Notes: generated from the letters alone by a model not told the origin. A stretch of DNA of 64,000 bases from Candidatus Nomurabacteria bacterium (GCA_029288775.1 JARIGQ010000001.1:29044-93043); one strand, 5' to 3'. Shown: positions 8,855-19,181, numbered from the stretch's first letter. Made by a program: numbers and translations.

Positions 8855-11116
8855 CTAGCGGAAGATATCATCGGCGCTTGCATCATGATTTTCCGCGGGT
8901 TCTTCGCTTGCAACATTTCCCACAAGTACTTCGCGATAGCGTTCTCCTTGCCGTGCGGGACCGATGACACCGAAGCGCTCAAGATCATTGATGATACGGG
9001 CAGCTTTGTTGTAGCCCCAACGAAAGGCTGTCTGCAGCGAAGAGGTTGAGGCTTTGCCGGTAGAAATGACGTAGTCCTTAGCCGAGAGGTAATCCTCATC
9101 ATCCTGAGGTTCACTGCCACTATCGGCATCTTCTGTGCTTCCACTTGCTGTGCCCACTTTAACCTTTGATATATCGATATGATCCGGAATGAAATCTAAG
9201 TTAGCCTGCTTGATGTAAGAGACAACTGCACGAATTTCTTCTGTGGAAATAAAAGGAGCTTGAAGGCGAACCAGGCGAGGGTTATCTGACGCCATGTAGA
9301 GCATGTCACCGTTTCCGAGCAAGTCTTCAGCACCGGAAGAATCCAAAATAGTGCGAGAGTCAATTTGAGAAGTAGTTTTAAGGGCGATACGCGCAGGGAT
9401 GTTGGCTTTAATGGTACCCGTAATTACTTTCACATCTGGTCGTTGAGTAGCAAGGATAAGGTGAATGCCTGCGGCACGACCTTTTTGGGTAAGCGCAGTG
9501 ATTAAAGGAGAGATTTCTTTCGGATAGGAGAGCATGAAGTCATTGTATTCATCAAAGATAATCACGATATAGGGCATCTTTGGTGGCAACCCTGTGACCT
9601 CGCTTCCTTCCTTGTTTTTCTTGCGAGCTTTCTCCAAAGCAGGGAATAGAACCTTTTTATTGTAATCTGAAACGTTTACTTGCCCGTTTTCTGCGAGCAC
9701 TTCATACCGGCGTTCCATTTCTTGAATAGCCCAATTGAGCGCCTTGATCGCCCCTTTTGGCTCTTTAATGATTGGAGTGTAGAGGTGGGGGAGATTATTG
9801 TAGGCAGTAAATTCTACGCGCTTAGGGTCCAAAATGATGAGCTTAAGATCGTAGGGTGAATTTTTATAGAGAAGTGAAACGAGAAGATTCTGAAGCGTAA
9901 CTGATTTCCCTGTACGCGTTGCACCAGCCACGAGCAAGTGAGGCATCTTTTCAAGGTCTCCAAAGAGAGGCTTGCCGATAATTGATTTACCTATTGCAAG
10001 CTGAAGCGGACCGCTGGTTTGGAATTCAGGAAGTTCAAGCATTGAACGTAGTCCCAGTTGCGCTTTGCGTTCATTTGGAATTTCAATACCCACCAATGTC
10101 TTACCCGGAATAGGTGCTTCAATGCGCAGGAATTCACTACCGAGTTCCATGGCTAAGTTGTCGTGAAGTGCAACAACTTTGGAAAGGTTTACTCCTTGTG
10201 CAGGCTTGAGCGTAAATTGGGTAACAGTTGGGCCAACAGTTACTTCACCCATGTCCACATGAATCTTAAAATGCTCAAGCGTTTTCTGAATCGTAAGCAT
10301 TTTGGATTTGGAATCTCCCGCACCAGATTTGCCAGAATCACCATTCAAAAGTTCAAGCGGTGGCGGAATGAATTCAGGTGTAAGGATGACAGGCTTTGCT
10401 TTGAGCTCTTTAAGCGCAGCATTTGCCTCTTCTTCTGGAGGAGCAAGTTCACCGAAGATCTGACGACGCAGATTATTTGTGCTTACCTCTTCAGGTTCAT
10501 CAATTTCTTTTTCTTCTATAACCTCTTCTTCGACAGGCGTATCTAATAGTTCTGGCTCATCATCAAACGCTCTGTCTTTACGTGATTGGAACAGGTAACG
10601 CACGTGCGTATAGGGGTAAGAAAGAAGAAGCAAAAATGGAGTGAGTGAAGGCTTGCGTTCAAGGACAATAATTCCTCCAATTGCGGTTAAGCCCGCAAGG
10701 AAAGCGACCGTCGGATAAATAGCAAAATTCTTAATGAGAGGCGTAGCTACAATCGCCCCCAGAAGTCCGCCAAAGTTAGGAGAGAAAATGGTACCCAAGC
10801 CTGCTATACCAATAATAAGAAATATGCTTCCAAGTGCGGGTAAAAATCTAAGATTCGGTAGTTCCTCTTTCCAGAGGTAATAAGCTACATATCCGCATAC
10901 AAGTGGAGTAAGGTAAGCAAACACTCCTATGATTGAAGTAATACCAGTGAATAGTATTTCACCACCTTCTCCACCTGCGTGAACCATGGAAAAAATGAGC
11001 AGTACTCCGATCATGACGAAGATTACCGCCAGTACTCCTAAGATGGTTTCGGTAATAACAGGGTCTTTGGTTCTGCGGCGGCGTGTTCGTGCCGGTTCTT
11101 CGTCTCGTAAGGCCAT
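8855..11116 (-). CDS. ftsK: DNA translocase FtsK/SpoIIIE
   Basis: N-terminal TM helices, GATRTGKS Walker A, and a C-terminal gamma winged-helix (LQTAFRWGYNKAARIIN). Confidence 0.9.
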   Translation of the reverse strand: MALRDEEPARTRRRRTKDPVITETILGVLAVIFVMIGVLLIFSMVHAGGEGGEILFTGITSIIGVFAYLTPLVCGYVAYYLWKEELPNLRFLPALGSIFLIIGIAGLGTIFSPNFGGLLGAIVATPLIKNFAIYPTVAFLAGLTAIGGIIVLERKPSLTPFLLLLSYPYTHVRYLFQSRKDRAFDDEPELLDTPVEEEVIEEKEIDEPEEVSTNNLRRQIFGELAPPEEEANAALKELKAKPVILTPEFIPPPLELLNGDSGKSGAGDSKSKMLTIQKTLEHFKIHVDMGEVTVGPTVTQFTLKPAQGVNLSKVVALHDNLAMELGSEFLRIEAPIPGKTLVGIEIPNERKAQLGLRSMLELPEFQTSGPLQLAIGKSIIGKPLFGDLEKMPHLLVAGATRTGKSVTLQNLLVSLLYKNSPYDLKLIILDPKRVEFTAYNNLPHLYTPIIKEPKGAIKALNWAIQEMERRYEVLAENGQVNVSDYNKKVLFPALEKARKKNKEGSEVTGLPPKMPYIVIIFDEYNDFMLSYPKEISPLITALTQKGRAAGIHLILATQRPDVKVITGTIKANIPARIALKTTSQIDSRTILDSSGAEDLLGNGDMLYMASDNPRLVRLQAPFISTEEIRAVVSYIKQANLDFIPDHIDISKVKVGTASGSTEDADSGSEPQDDEDYLSAKDYVISTGKASTSSLQTAFRWGYNKAARIINDLERFGVIGPARQGERYREVLVGNVASEEPAENHDASADDIFR

Positions 11117-11415
11117 AATATGCTGAGGAAATTTGTCCTTTCAGTGTACCAAATTAGGATAGGGGATATAAGGGATAACTCATCCATTTTCTCTACGAGG
11201 AACATACGTTTTGCACACGATATAAAGCTAAGAGGAAAGTAGTACAAGGACATAAAAAATGTATTAGACAAGTCTTTACAGTTACAGTAAAAGGCATAGA
11301 ATGGACACGTATAAAGAAAGCGTTTGGAAAGGACAACAATAGGGGAGGTTAAGCTTTATTTTTAAAGAGACATAGAGGACATTTACTTTTAACAAATAAG
11401 ACAAATAAAAGACAT

Positions 11416-12291
11416 ATGAACGAGGAAGGTAAGCATGACTACGGCACGCTGGTTGCCAAAAAATCGGAACGATTGGTTACTGCTCTTTATCTTGTGACTG
11501 ATCTCATTAGCGATAACGAACCAATCAAGCATGGATTGAGAAAGAATGCGGTTGCCCTTTTGTCGTCCATGAATGCTTTGTCTCAAATGGAAGTAAAAGA
11601 CAGAATTGCTGAGTTGAAGGTGTCACTCAAGTCGGTCACTGAAATAATTTCCCTCCTCCATGTCTCAGTCACTACTGGTATTGTGTCCAATATGAATGGT
11701 GACCTTTTAATGGAAGGGTTTCGTTCCCTTCAGCTTGTCCTAGAAAAGAAACAACCTATCCTTACCCGGGATATGCTCACCATTGAGCATGAAGATGCTT
11801 TACAAGCAGATACTCAGTTTTCTTCTGCTATTACTTCGACCTCATATGATGTCCTCACTCCACTTTCCCTTGCTCGTCTTCATGGAAGTGATGAGGATTT
11901 ACGTAAGACTCAAGCCGAACTAAAATCTTCTCAGATTCTTGCTAAGTTGGAATCAAAAGGACGAAATGATGCAGTTGAAATGTCTGATAAAAATGATGAG
12001 CGTCAAGGGGTTATTAAAAAAGACATAACTTCCGTTCATGCTGTCCTTATGAAGCATGCGGCACCCACTGCTTCGCCACTACCATCTTCATTCCAAATGA
12101 GAAAGCAATCCCGAAGAGACCAGATACTAGCCCTTTTTGTAAAAGGGGTAGATGTGAGCATAAAGGACATTGCTTCCCGTATTAAGGGATGCAGTGAAAA
12201 AACCATTCAGCGTGAATTAAACGCTCTGCTCTATGACAATGTAATCGAGCGAATTGGAGAAAAACGCTGGAGTAGATATATTCTTCGATAG
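11416..12291 (+). CDS. Hypothetical regulator with C-terminal winged HTH
   Basis: C-terminus reads SIKDIASRIKGCSEKTIQRELNALLYDNVIERIGEKRWSRYIL. Sits upstream of the large surface protein. Confidence 0.55.
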   Translation: MNEEGKHDYGTLVAKKSERLVTALYLVTDLISDNEPIKHGLRKNAVALLSSMNALSQMEVKDRIAELKVSLKSVTEIISLLHVSVTTGIVSNMNGDLLMEGFRSLQLVLEKKQPILTRDMLTIEHEDALQADTQFSSAITSTSYDVLTPLSLARLHGSDEDLRKTQAELKSSQILAKLESKGRNDAVEMSDKNDERQGVIKKDITSVHAVLMKHAAPTASPLPSSFQMRKQSRRDQILALFVKGVDVSIKDIASRIKGCSEKTIQRELNALLYDNVIERIGEKRWSRYILR

Positions 12292-12671
12292 ACATAGAAG
12301 GCGCCTTCCAAAATCTCCCCCACCTTAATCAAAAAGTGGGGGAGATTTTGGTATAAGCAACTTCTCCTCGGATTATTCAGAGAACCCTTGCCAATATTGA
12401 CTTTTCTTGCAAAAAGTGAGAGAATTGCGCTTAAGTACAGGAATTGTACTTCAAGCAGTATTATCCACATATAAATGCAGTATTTTATTGCATTTGCATG
12501 GGGAACCACTATACTGCTTGTAGACGTCTCTGTTTGAGAGCGTCCTCTGGTATTTGAGATACATTTATAAGGTATCTTGAAGACAGGTAAGATCGTTGAC
12601 AACAGAATAGTGACGCAGATTAGAAAATCGAAATCACAGTTCGGTCGTTTACGATCATTCTGTCAAAAAAA

Positions 12672-12715
12672 GCATTGCGTTTAGTTAAGTCGAAACTAAT
12701 ATAAACGCATTGCGT
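12672..12715. promoter_or_regulatory. Two GCATTGCGT operator-like repeats; the second is an 11-bp perfect palindrome (ACGCATTGCGT)
   Basis: Direct reading. The copies are 33 bp apart, in the 470-bp leader of the surface-protein gene. Confidence 0.35.
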
Positions 12716-12762
12716 GAGTCGAGTAATCGACTCTTAAAACAAATCTTATAAACATAACGTTT

Positions 12763-15700
12763 ATGTCTAATTTCTCAATGAAGATTGTTGCAGCTGCAAC
12801 AATCGTCGGAGGTGCGATCGCCGGTGCAGTTTCTGCATCAGCTGCTCTCAACCTTCCAACACAGAACTGTTCTTACATGTTCAATACGAACATGAAGCTC
12901 GGTTCTCGTGGTACAGATGTTATGAATCTTCAAAAGATGCTTAACATGTGGCCTCAGACACAGGTTGCCGCTTCAGGTGCAGGTTCTCCAGGAATGGAAA
13001 CTTCTACCTTCGGTCCAGCAACTCGTGCTGCGGTAAATAAGTTCCAAGCTCTTCACCTTGTTGAGCTCGGAATTACTGCTCCTACAGGAAACGTATTCGC
13101 AGGAACACGTGCATTGCTCAACGCAGCATGTAACGGTACTGTAAGTACTAACCCAGGAACTCCAGGTACACCTGGAAACACTACTGGTCCAGTTTCAGCT
13201 ATGCTCTCGGCTTCACAGCCGTCAGGTATGATTGTTCAGGGTCAGTCAGGTGCTCGTCTTGCTGACATGACTTTCACTGGAAACGGTACAGTTACATCTG
13301 TACAGCTTCAGCGTACTGGTGTGTCAACAGACTCATCACTTACTAACGTATACCTTTACGACGGAAACACTCGCATCACTGATGCAGCTTCTGTAGTAAC
13401 AGGCGGATACATCAACTTCAACAATCCTAACGGTCTCTTTACAGTATCAGGATCACGTACAATCACTGTACGTGCTGACATTGCAAGCAACACGAATGGG
13501 CAGTCAGTTGGTGTAAAGCTTAACAGTGTTACAGCTGGTGGTGCAGTCTCTACATTTTCTAATGTAATGGGCAACACTCTCCAAATTGCTAACGTAACAA
13601 CTGCATCAGTAAACATTGCAGCGATGGATACATCATCTCGTACTGTTGATGCAGGTACAGTTAACTACACACTTTGGTCAGGTTCTGCAACTGTATCTAC
13701 ACGCGATGTAAATATGCGTGCAGCTACATTTAAGTTCGTAGGTTCAGCTCCAGCTGACTTCGCAACTAACCTTAACCTCTTCGTTGATGGTGTTAAGATT
13801 GCAGGTCCTTCAATGGTTAACGCGGCTAACAATAACAAGGTTACTTTTGACCTTGGTTCAATGCCATATCTTCTAAAGACTGGCTCACACACAATTGAAC
13901 TCCGTGGTGACATTGTTAAGGGTTCAAACCGTACAGCTACTTTCTCAGTTGAGAATCCAGCTGACCTTATGTTCGAAGATACTAACCTTATGGGTGTAAA
14001 CGTATCTCCAACTGTAGCAAGCGCAACTCTTACTCAGTCAAACTCAGCTTACGGTACTATTACTGTAAACAAGGGTTCAGTAACTGTTAACGTTGATCCA
14101 TCATTCAACGGTACTAAGGTAACAGGTGGTGCTACTAACGTTCCAGTTGGTCAGTTCACACTTAAGGCGTATGGCGAAGACGTGAAGGTAAATAGCCTTC
14201 AGGTTAACTTCAACAACACGACTGCTACATCAATGAACAACGTATCGCTCTATGTAAATGGAGGTCAGATTGGTACGTCACAGAACTACCGCAACGCGGC
14301 TCTTACGTACAACCTTGGTTCATCACTTATCATCCCTGCTGGCCAGACTGTAACTCTTACAGTTAAGGCTGACGTGGTTGATGCAAACAACTCAGCTTGG
14401 TCATCGGGTACGGTACAGGCTCAGATTGGTGGTGTAGCAAATAACGCTCAGGGTCAGTCATCTAATGAACTTACTTCAGTTGCGTCTTCACCAGTATCTG
14501 GCAATAGTCTCACCGTTTCATCTGGTGCAGGAACATTTGCTCGTACTGCAGGTTTCTCAACTGTAACAGTTTCACCTAATACTTCAGGTGTTAAGATTGG
14601 ATCATTCACGATTCAGGCTAACTCATCAGAAGCTATTAATGTGACTTCTATTGGTGTTAATCCAACTGTAGCAACATACGGTATCACGAATATTTCAAAC
14701 CTTCGTGTTATGTCAAATGGTGCAACTGTAGGAACTCCAATTGGAAACCCTTCAACAGGAACTTCAACGTTCTCGTTCCCTCAGATCACTATCCCTGCTA
14801 ACGGTACACAGACATTTGATGTGTTCGCTGACATTGGTCCAGCAACATCAGGTTCTGTAACTACAGGCATGGATATTACATACCGTGGTGCGATCTCTAA
14901 TACAACGACAACTTCAACAGCTGCCGGTGTAGCGATCACATCTGCAAACTCATCACTTACAGCTTCAACGCTTGCGGCTTCATCACCGGTTGCGCAGTTC
15001 GTAGTGGGAGGTTCAACATTCGGTATTGCAACTTACACGCTTAAGACTTCTGCAGCAGGTACGTTAGCTAACGTTCGCGAACTTCGCTTCAACGTTAACA
15101 ATGGTTCGGGTTCAACCCTTACTAACGCTATCCAGTCTGTAACAGTTGGCGGTGTAACAGCTCCAGTAGTTAACGGTACGTCTACTGTTACTGGCCTCAA
15201 TATCCCAGTTAACTCAACTGGTACAGATGTTCCAGTAACTGTTACGTTCTCTAACTACCAGAACGCTTCTGTTAATCCTGGTTCACTTTCTACAACTGTA
15301 GGTAACGTAGCACTTATCCTTACATACGTAGAAGCAACATCAGGAACAGGAAACGTGATCTTCAACACTGTTACTGCAACTTCAAGTACAATGATCGGTG
15401 TAGCTTCTAAGCCTACGGTAACTACCGGTGCAGGCAACGTAGATACACTCGTACTTGGTTCTGAAAACAAGGTTGGTGAATTCACAGTAACCGCAGATGC
15501 TAACGGTAAGATTGCTGTAGGTACAACTTCAGTTGACCTCTCAGCTATCGGTGTTACGAACCCTCAGTTCTCTGCAGGACGTATCGCTGATGGAAACACT
15601 ACGATTGCTAACACAAGCGTAACTGGTTCCTCAACAATGACCGTTACCTTCACAACTCCTTACCAGATCAGTGCAGGTCAGTCAAAGACCTTCTCACTTT

Positions 15701-15873
15701 ACGCAACTGTAAACGGTGCTGCTCAGTCAGGAATCACTCCTTACGTAGCTTCACGCTTCACGACAGGATCGTCTACAGCGTTCATGTGGTATGACGTTGC
15801 AGGTGGAAACACTAGCGAAACTGGTGCTTCAATCTACGGCTTCCCAACATCAAGCTTTACAACAAAGCGCTAA
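12763..15873 (+). CDS. Large secreted surface protein (S-layer-like candidate): signal peptide, PG_binding_1 domain, about 900 aa of Thr/Ser/Gly/Asn/Val-rich repeats
   Basis: Signal peptide at the N-terminus. Peptidoglycan-binding motif (GSRGTDVMNLQKML...AVNKFQA). Almost no charged residues afterwards. Distinct codon usage (GGT/ACT/TCA/GTA/GCA). Confidence 0.85.
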   Translation: MSNFSMKIVAAATIVGGAIAGAVSASAALNLPTQNCSYMFNTNMKLGSRGTDVMNLQKMLNMWPQTQVAASGAGSPGMETSTFGPATRAAVNKFQALHLVELGITAPTGNVFAGTRALLNAACNGTVSTNPGTPGTPGNTTGPVSAMLSASQPSGMIVQGQSGARLADMTFTGNGTVTSVQLQRTGVSTDSSLTNVYLYDGNTRITDAASVVTGGYINFNNPNGLFTVSGSRTITVRADIASNTNGQSVGVKLNSVTAGGAVSTFSNVMGNTLQIANVTTASVNIAAMDTSSRTVDAGTVNYTLWSGSATVSTRDVNMRAATFKFVGSAPADFATNLNLFVDGVKIAGPSMVNAANNNKVTFDLGSMPYLLKTGSHTIELRGDIVKGSNRTATFSVENPADLMFEDTNLMGVNVSPTVASATLTQSNSAYGTITVNKGSVTVNVDPSFNGTKVTGGATNVPVGQFTLKAYGEDVKVNSLQVNFNNTTATSMNNVSLYVNGGQIGTSQNYRNAALTYNLGSSLIIPAGQTVTLTVKADVVDANNSAWSSGTVQAQIGGVANNAQGQSSNELTSVASSPVSGNSLTVSSGAGTFARTAGFSTVTVSPNTSGVKIGSFTIQANSSEAINVTSIGVNPTVATYGITNISNLRVMSNGATVGTPIGNPSTGTSTFSFPQITIPANGTQTFDVFADIGPATSGSVTTGMDITYRGAISNTTTTSTAAGVAITSANSSLTASTLAASSPVAQFVVGGSTFGIATYTLKTSAAGTLANVRELRFNVNNGSGSTLTNAIQSVTVGGVTAPVVNGTSTVTGLNIPVNSTGTDVPVTVTFSNYQNASVNPGSLSTTVGNVALILTYVEATSGTGNVIFNTVTATSSTMIGVASKPTVTTGAGNVDTLVLGSENKVGEFTVTADANGKIAVGTTSVDLSAIGVTNPQFSAGRIADGNTTIANTSVTGSSTMTVTFTTPYQISAGQSKTFSLYATVNGAAQSGITPYVASRFTTGSSTAFMWYDVAGGNTSETGASIYGFPTSSFTTKR

Positions 15874-15924
15874 TCTGCAAACTATTCTGCAAAGAATATC
15901 TAGCTTAGGTTAGGTGTTTGGAAC

Positions 15925-15956
15925 GCAAAAGCCCCCGCAAGGGGCTTTTGCTATTT
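15925..15956 (+). terminator. Strong intrinsic terminator
   Basis: GCAAAAGCCCC-gcaa-GGGGCTTTTGC hairpin followed by TATTT. Confidence 0.8.
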
Positions 15957-15959
15957 ATG

Positions 15960-16161
15960 GCCCACGCTAGCCTAAAAGTATGTAGTGTGGTAGTATTGCT
16001 CTCATAAGCCAAAGAAGTAGGCGTCCTCAAGGAAACAAGAGGACATAAGTCCTGCGGAGGTACTGCTGACACGCACGTGAAAGCGCTACTCTATTCATAG
16101 GTTTATCTTCCCGAATGCCTCAAGCAGGAAGGATGTTCATTACACACTAATCAATAAGTTC
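15960..16161 (+). promoter_or_regulatory. rplJ 5' leader (possible L10 autoregulatory leader)
   Basis: A 200-nt non-coding stretch sits directly upstream of rplJ. The L10 leader is a conserved autoregulatory RNA in many bacteria. Its structure was not verified here. Confidence 0.3.
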
Positions 16162-16650
16162 ATGGCCCTTAAAAAAGCTAAGAAAGCAGAACTTATCGAA
16201 AGCTATACAGATGCGCTCAAGAACTCCAAGACAGCTGTCTATGTGAAGTTCAAGGGACTCCCAGTAGGAGAAACTATGCAGCTTCGTGATTCTCTCTTCG
16301 GAGAAAATCTTCATTACACCGTGGTGAAGAAGACCCTCTGGACTCGTGCAACACAGGCCGTAGGCATCCGTGGCGAAGCACCGCTTGTAGGCGAAGAAAT
16401 GGCAGTGGTATGGGGAGCAGATCTCCTTGCACCTGCGCGTATCGCGTATGAATTCCAGAAATCTCACAAGGATCAGTTTGGAATTCTTGGTGGCATCTTC
16501 GATGGAGAGTACAAGGACGCAAAGGAAATGTTGGCAATCGCTACCATTCCTCCGCGCGAAGTACTTCTCTCCCAGCTTGCTTACCTTCTCAAGTCACCTA
16601 TGCAGCGTCTCGCGGTAGGTCTTGGACAGGTTGCAGCCAAGAAGGCGTAA
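16162..16650 (+). CDS. rplJ: 50S ribosomal protein L10
   Basis: Clear similarity to the L10 family. Confidence 0.9.
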   Translation: MALKKAKKAELIESYTDALKNSKTAVYVKFKGLPVGETMQLRDSLFGENLHYTVVKKTLWTRATQAVGIRGEAPLVGEEMAVVWGADLLAPARIAYEFQKSHKDQFGILGGIFDGEYKDAKEMLAIATIPPREVLLSQLAYLLKSPMQRLAVGLGQVAAKKA

Positions 16651-16686
16651 TCTCATTAGCTATTCGATATTTAAATTACAATTACT

Positions 16687-17055
16687 ATGGAAAAATTCGC
16701 AGATATTCTCGATAAGGTAGAGAACATGTCAGTGATCGAGCTTAACGAGCTCGTTCGCGCAATTGAAGAAAAGTTCGGTGTGTCAGCAGCAGCTGTTGCT
16801 GCCGCTCCAGCAGCTGGAGCTCAAGCAGGTGGAGATGAAGGAAAGGATTCATTCACAGTACACCTTGCTTCAGCAGGTGAAGGAAAGATTGCCGTTATGA
16901 AGGTGGTTAAGGAAGTCCTCGGACTTGGTCTTAAGGAAGCGAAGGACCTCGTTGACGGTGCTCCTGTTGACCTTAAGAAGGACGTTAAGAAGGCAGAAGC
17001 TGAAGAGCTTAAGAAGAAGCTTGAAGAAGCCGGAGCGACAGTGGAACTTAAGTAA
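16687..17055 (+). CDS. rplL: 50S ribosomal protein L7/L12
   Basis: N-terminal dimerisation region, Ala/Gly hinge, and a C-terminal domain ending ...[13 protein letters not shown]. Confidence 0.9.
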   Translation: MEKFADILDKVENMSVIELNELVRAIEEKFGVSAAAVAAAPAAGAQAGGDEGKDSFTVHLASAGEGKIAVMKVVKEVLGLGLKEAKDLVDGAPVDLKKDVKKAEAEELKKKLEEAGATVELK

Positions 17056-17070
17056 GATTGTTCCAATAAC

Positions 17071-17099
17071 AAAAAGCACCCGTTTGGGTGCTTTTTGTT
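17071..17099 (+). terminator. Intrinsic terminator after rplL
   Basis: AAAAAGCACCC-gttt-GGGTGCTTTTT hairpin. Confidence 0.8.
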
Positions 17100-17132
17100 A
17101 TACTCCTTTTAGAACTGCACAAGGAGATTGAC

Positions 17133-17345
17133 ATGCCCACAATTGATGATTTGCTGAGCGTGGCCAAAAGTTCGTACCAGAACCATGGCGCGTGTTTTGG
17201 GGTCACTGACCCCAGCCTCCTCCGTTCGCAAACTGTGGTACCTCTGATGTCTCAGGAAACGGAAGGCCGGACTTGCCGCATCGTGATGGTGGAGGACGGC
17301 AACGGGAATTTCGTTCCCGATGATGTCATCCCCACAGGGAAATGA
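17133..17345 (+). CDS. Hypothetical small protein (70 aa)
   Basis: AAGGAG Shine-Dalgarno 6 nt upstream of the ATG at 17133. The track ORF starts earlier, inside the terminator. Confidence 0.35.
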   Translation: MPTIDDLLSVAKSSYQNHGACFGVTDPSLLRSQTVVPLMSQETEGRTCRIVMVEDGNGNFVPDDVIPTGK

Positions 17346-17445
17346 CTTTGCCCGCAAGAAGCCCTTGCGGGCTTCGGTTTTGACACATTTCTCTAACTTT
17401 TCAAGACTGGCGGGAAGGAGAGCATTTGAGTACACTACGGAAACT

Positions 17446-18078
17446 ATGGAGCTACTGTCACGACTGCTCGGCGGACAAGAACGAGTGAAAATTATGCGCT
17501 ACTTTCTCTTTCATGATAAAGCAGTAGTAAGTGCGAGCACGGTAGCAGAAAAGACTAAGTCAAAAGCTACGACGGTGCGCAAGGAATTGAATGCACTCAC
17601 GGGTATTGGTTTTTTGGAGAAGCGTCGCGGAAAAGAATTTGTGACCGGAAAAGGGAAGAGTGTGACTAAAGTTAAGGAGATTACCGGATATACCTTAAAC
17701 GGAGAGTTCCCACATAATCAGGCGCTCAAGGATCTCTTGTTTGATTTTGAATTGCTCGATAAGCGCGAGCTTGCTGCGCGTTTTAAGCCGGTAGGGCGTA
17801 TTAAACTCTTCATTGTATCTGGCGTGTTCTTGGGAGAAGAGGATTCGCGAGTAGATATACTCCTGGTAGGAGAAGCTATCAAGCGTCCTAAGGCTGATAA
17901 GGTGTTGGAAGTATTATCTGCTGAGCTTGGTCGTGAGGTGGTGTATTCGATTATGGATGTAGAGGAATATGCATATCGTTACAAAATGTATGATAAGTTT
18001 GTTCGGGACATTTTAGATATGCCACACGAGAAAGTGATCGATAAGCTTAGTGAGAAGACGGCTCCTGCTCAAGCGTAA
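17446..18078 (+). CDS. Winged-HTH fused to a minimal nucleotidyltransferase (Pol-beta superfamily)-like protein
   Basis: N-terminal wHTH. NTase-like motif VSGVFLGEEDSRVDILLVGE (GS..G..D.D signature). The start codon is uncertain (track start 17320). Confidence 0.5.
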   Translation: MELLSRLLGGQERVKIMRYFLFHDKAVVSASTVAEKTKSKATTVRKELNALTGIGFLEKRRGKEFVTGKGKSVTKVKEITGYTLNGEFPHNQALKDLLFDFELLDKRELAARFKPVGRIKLFIVSGVFLGEEDSRVDILLVGEAIKRPKADKVLEVLSAELGREVVYSIMDVEEYAYRYKMYDKFVRDILDMPHEKVIDKLSEKTAPAQA

Positions 18079-18967
18079 GTAGATACGTTTTGTAAGTAGT
18101 GATATACGCTTGGAAACGCTTCTCATCTTCCATTCCTGTAGTTGCGGGGGTATCGATTGCAGAAAAGGTAGTATTGGTAAGCCCTAAAGATTTTGCCTTT
18201 TGATTCATGTATCCAAGGAATGTAGCATCACCGCGAGAGAGGGCAAGTGTTTTGATAACTGCTGTATCTTTTTGATTGATAAGACGAGGGAGCAGCTTGC
18301 GTCTGGTTGTATAGGTTCCTGAAGAAGGGTCATAGATTTGATCATCTTGGGTGAGTACTTCAAGGGATACAACGGCAGCCATATACCGTGTCATGTCCAT
18401 CGAAGAAATTGATGCAGTCGTTGTAGCGGTCGGGAAAAAATCGTATTCTGTACCGCTTGTCACAATAATAGGGGTACCTTGAGTAATGAATGTATACACT
18501 TTTTCTGCATCTTCGTCGGACAATCGAATACATCCCCCGCTATAGGTGCTTGATACTTTGGTGCCGTTTTCATAATATGGAATGCCATGAATGAAAAAGT
18601 TACCAAAGACGTGCACGCTCCATGGCATGTAGACGTGACCGATTGAGCTGAAATGATTTCTTATTTTGTAGTCGTTTTCATACGCTCCGCCAAGGGTTTC
18701 ATAATAGCTGTCTGGTTTGCCGATAGAGATAATGGGTATATTTTCCAAGGTGCTTGTTCCGTCCTTAAGGGACACCGTGCGCGTTTGGAGATTGACGATG
18801 ACATACTTACCTTCGTACAAAGGGGTGGATGTAGCGTAAGAAGTATTTGAAGTAGAAGGTAAGGCGGAAGGCATTAAAGCAGGGTGTATTTTCCAGCCCA
18901 CAAAAAGGCCAACTGCAGTTGCAAGGAGTCCAAGGGAAATAAAGCCGGAAGTTCGGGAGATATGCAT
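18047..18967 (-). CDS. L,D-transpeptidase (YkuD) family protein, membrane-anchored
   Basis: Catalytic motif HGIPYYENGTKVSSTYSGGCIRL (His...Cys). N-terminal TM helix. Confidence 0.8.
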   Translation of the reverse strand: MHISRTSGFISLGLLATAVGLFVGWKIHPALMPSALPSTSNTSYATSTPLYEGKYVIVNLQTRTVSLKDGTSTLENIPIISIGKPDSYYETLGGAYENDYKIRNHFSSIGHVYMPWSVHVFGNFFIHGIPYYENGTKVSSTYSGGCIRLSDEDAEKVYTFITQGTPIIVTSGTEYDFFPTATTTASISSMDMTRYMAAVVSLEVLTQDDQIYDPSSGTYTTRRKLLPRLINQKDTAVIKTLALSRGDATFLGYMNQKAKSLGLTNTTFSAIDTPATTGMEDEKRFQAYITTYKTYLLTLEQEPSSH

Positions 18968-19181
18968 GAATCGTAAAAACTATAAAACTATATCATATGA
19001 GTGGATAATTTGGATAAAAGACGCCCCGAAGGGCTTATACTATACGTACCTTTATATGTCGAATATAAAGGTACCCCGGAGAAAGTGTTTGGCATACACA
19101 AATCTTTATATGGGAACTGGTGCACGGTTCCGATACCTATACTTTTAGGGGTACACACTTTATAAATTAGTAGTACATAGT

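Noticed and set aside
13356-15485. Antisense ORFs inside the surface-protein gene (13356-13616, 13665-13913, 15255-15485)
   Set aside because: They are embedded in a long, strongly codon-biased sense ORF. They are artefacts of its low-complexity repeat composition.
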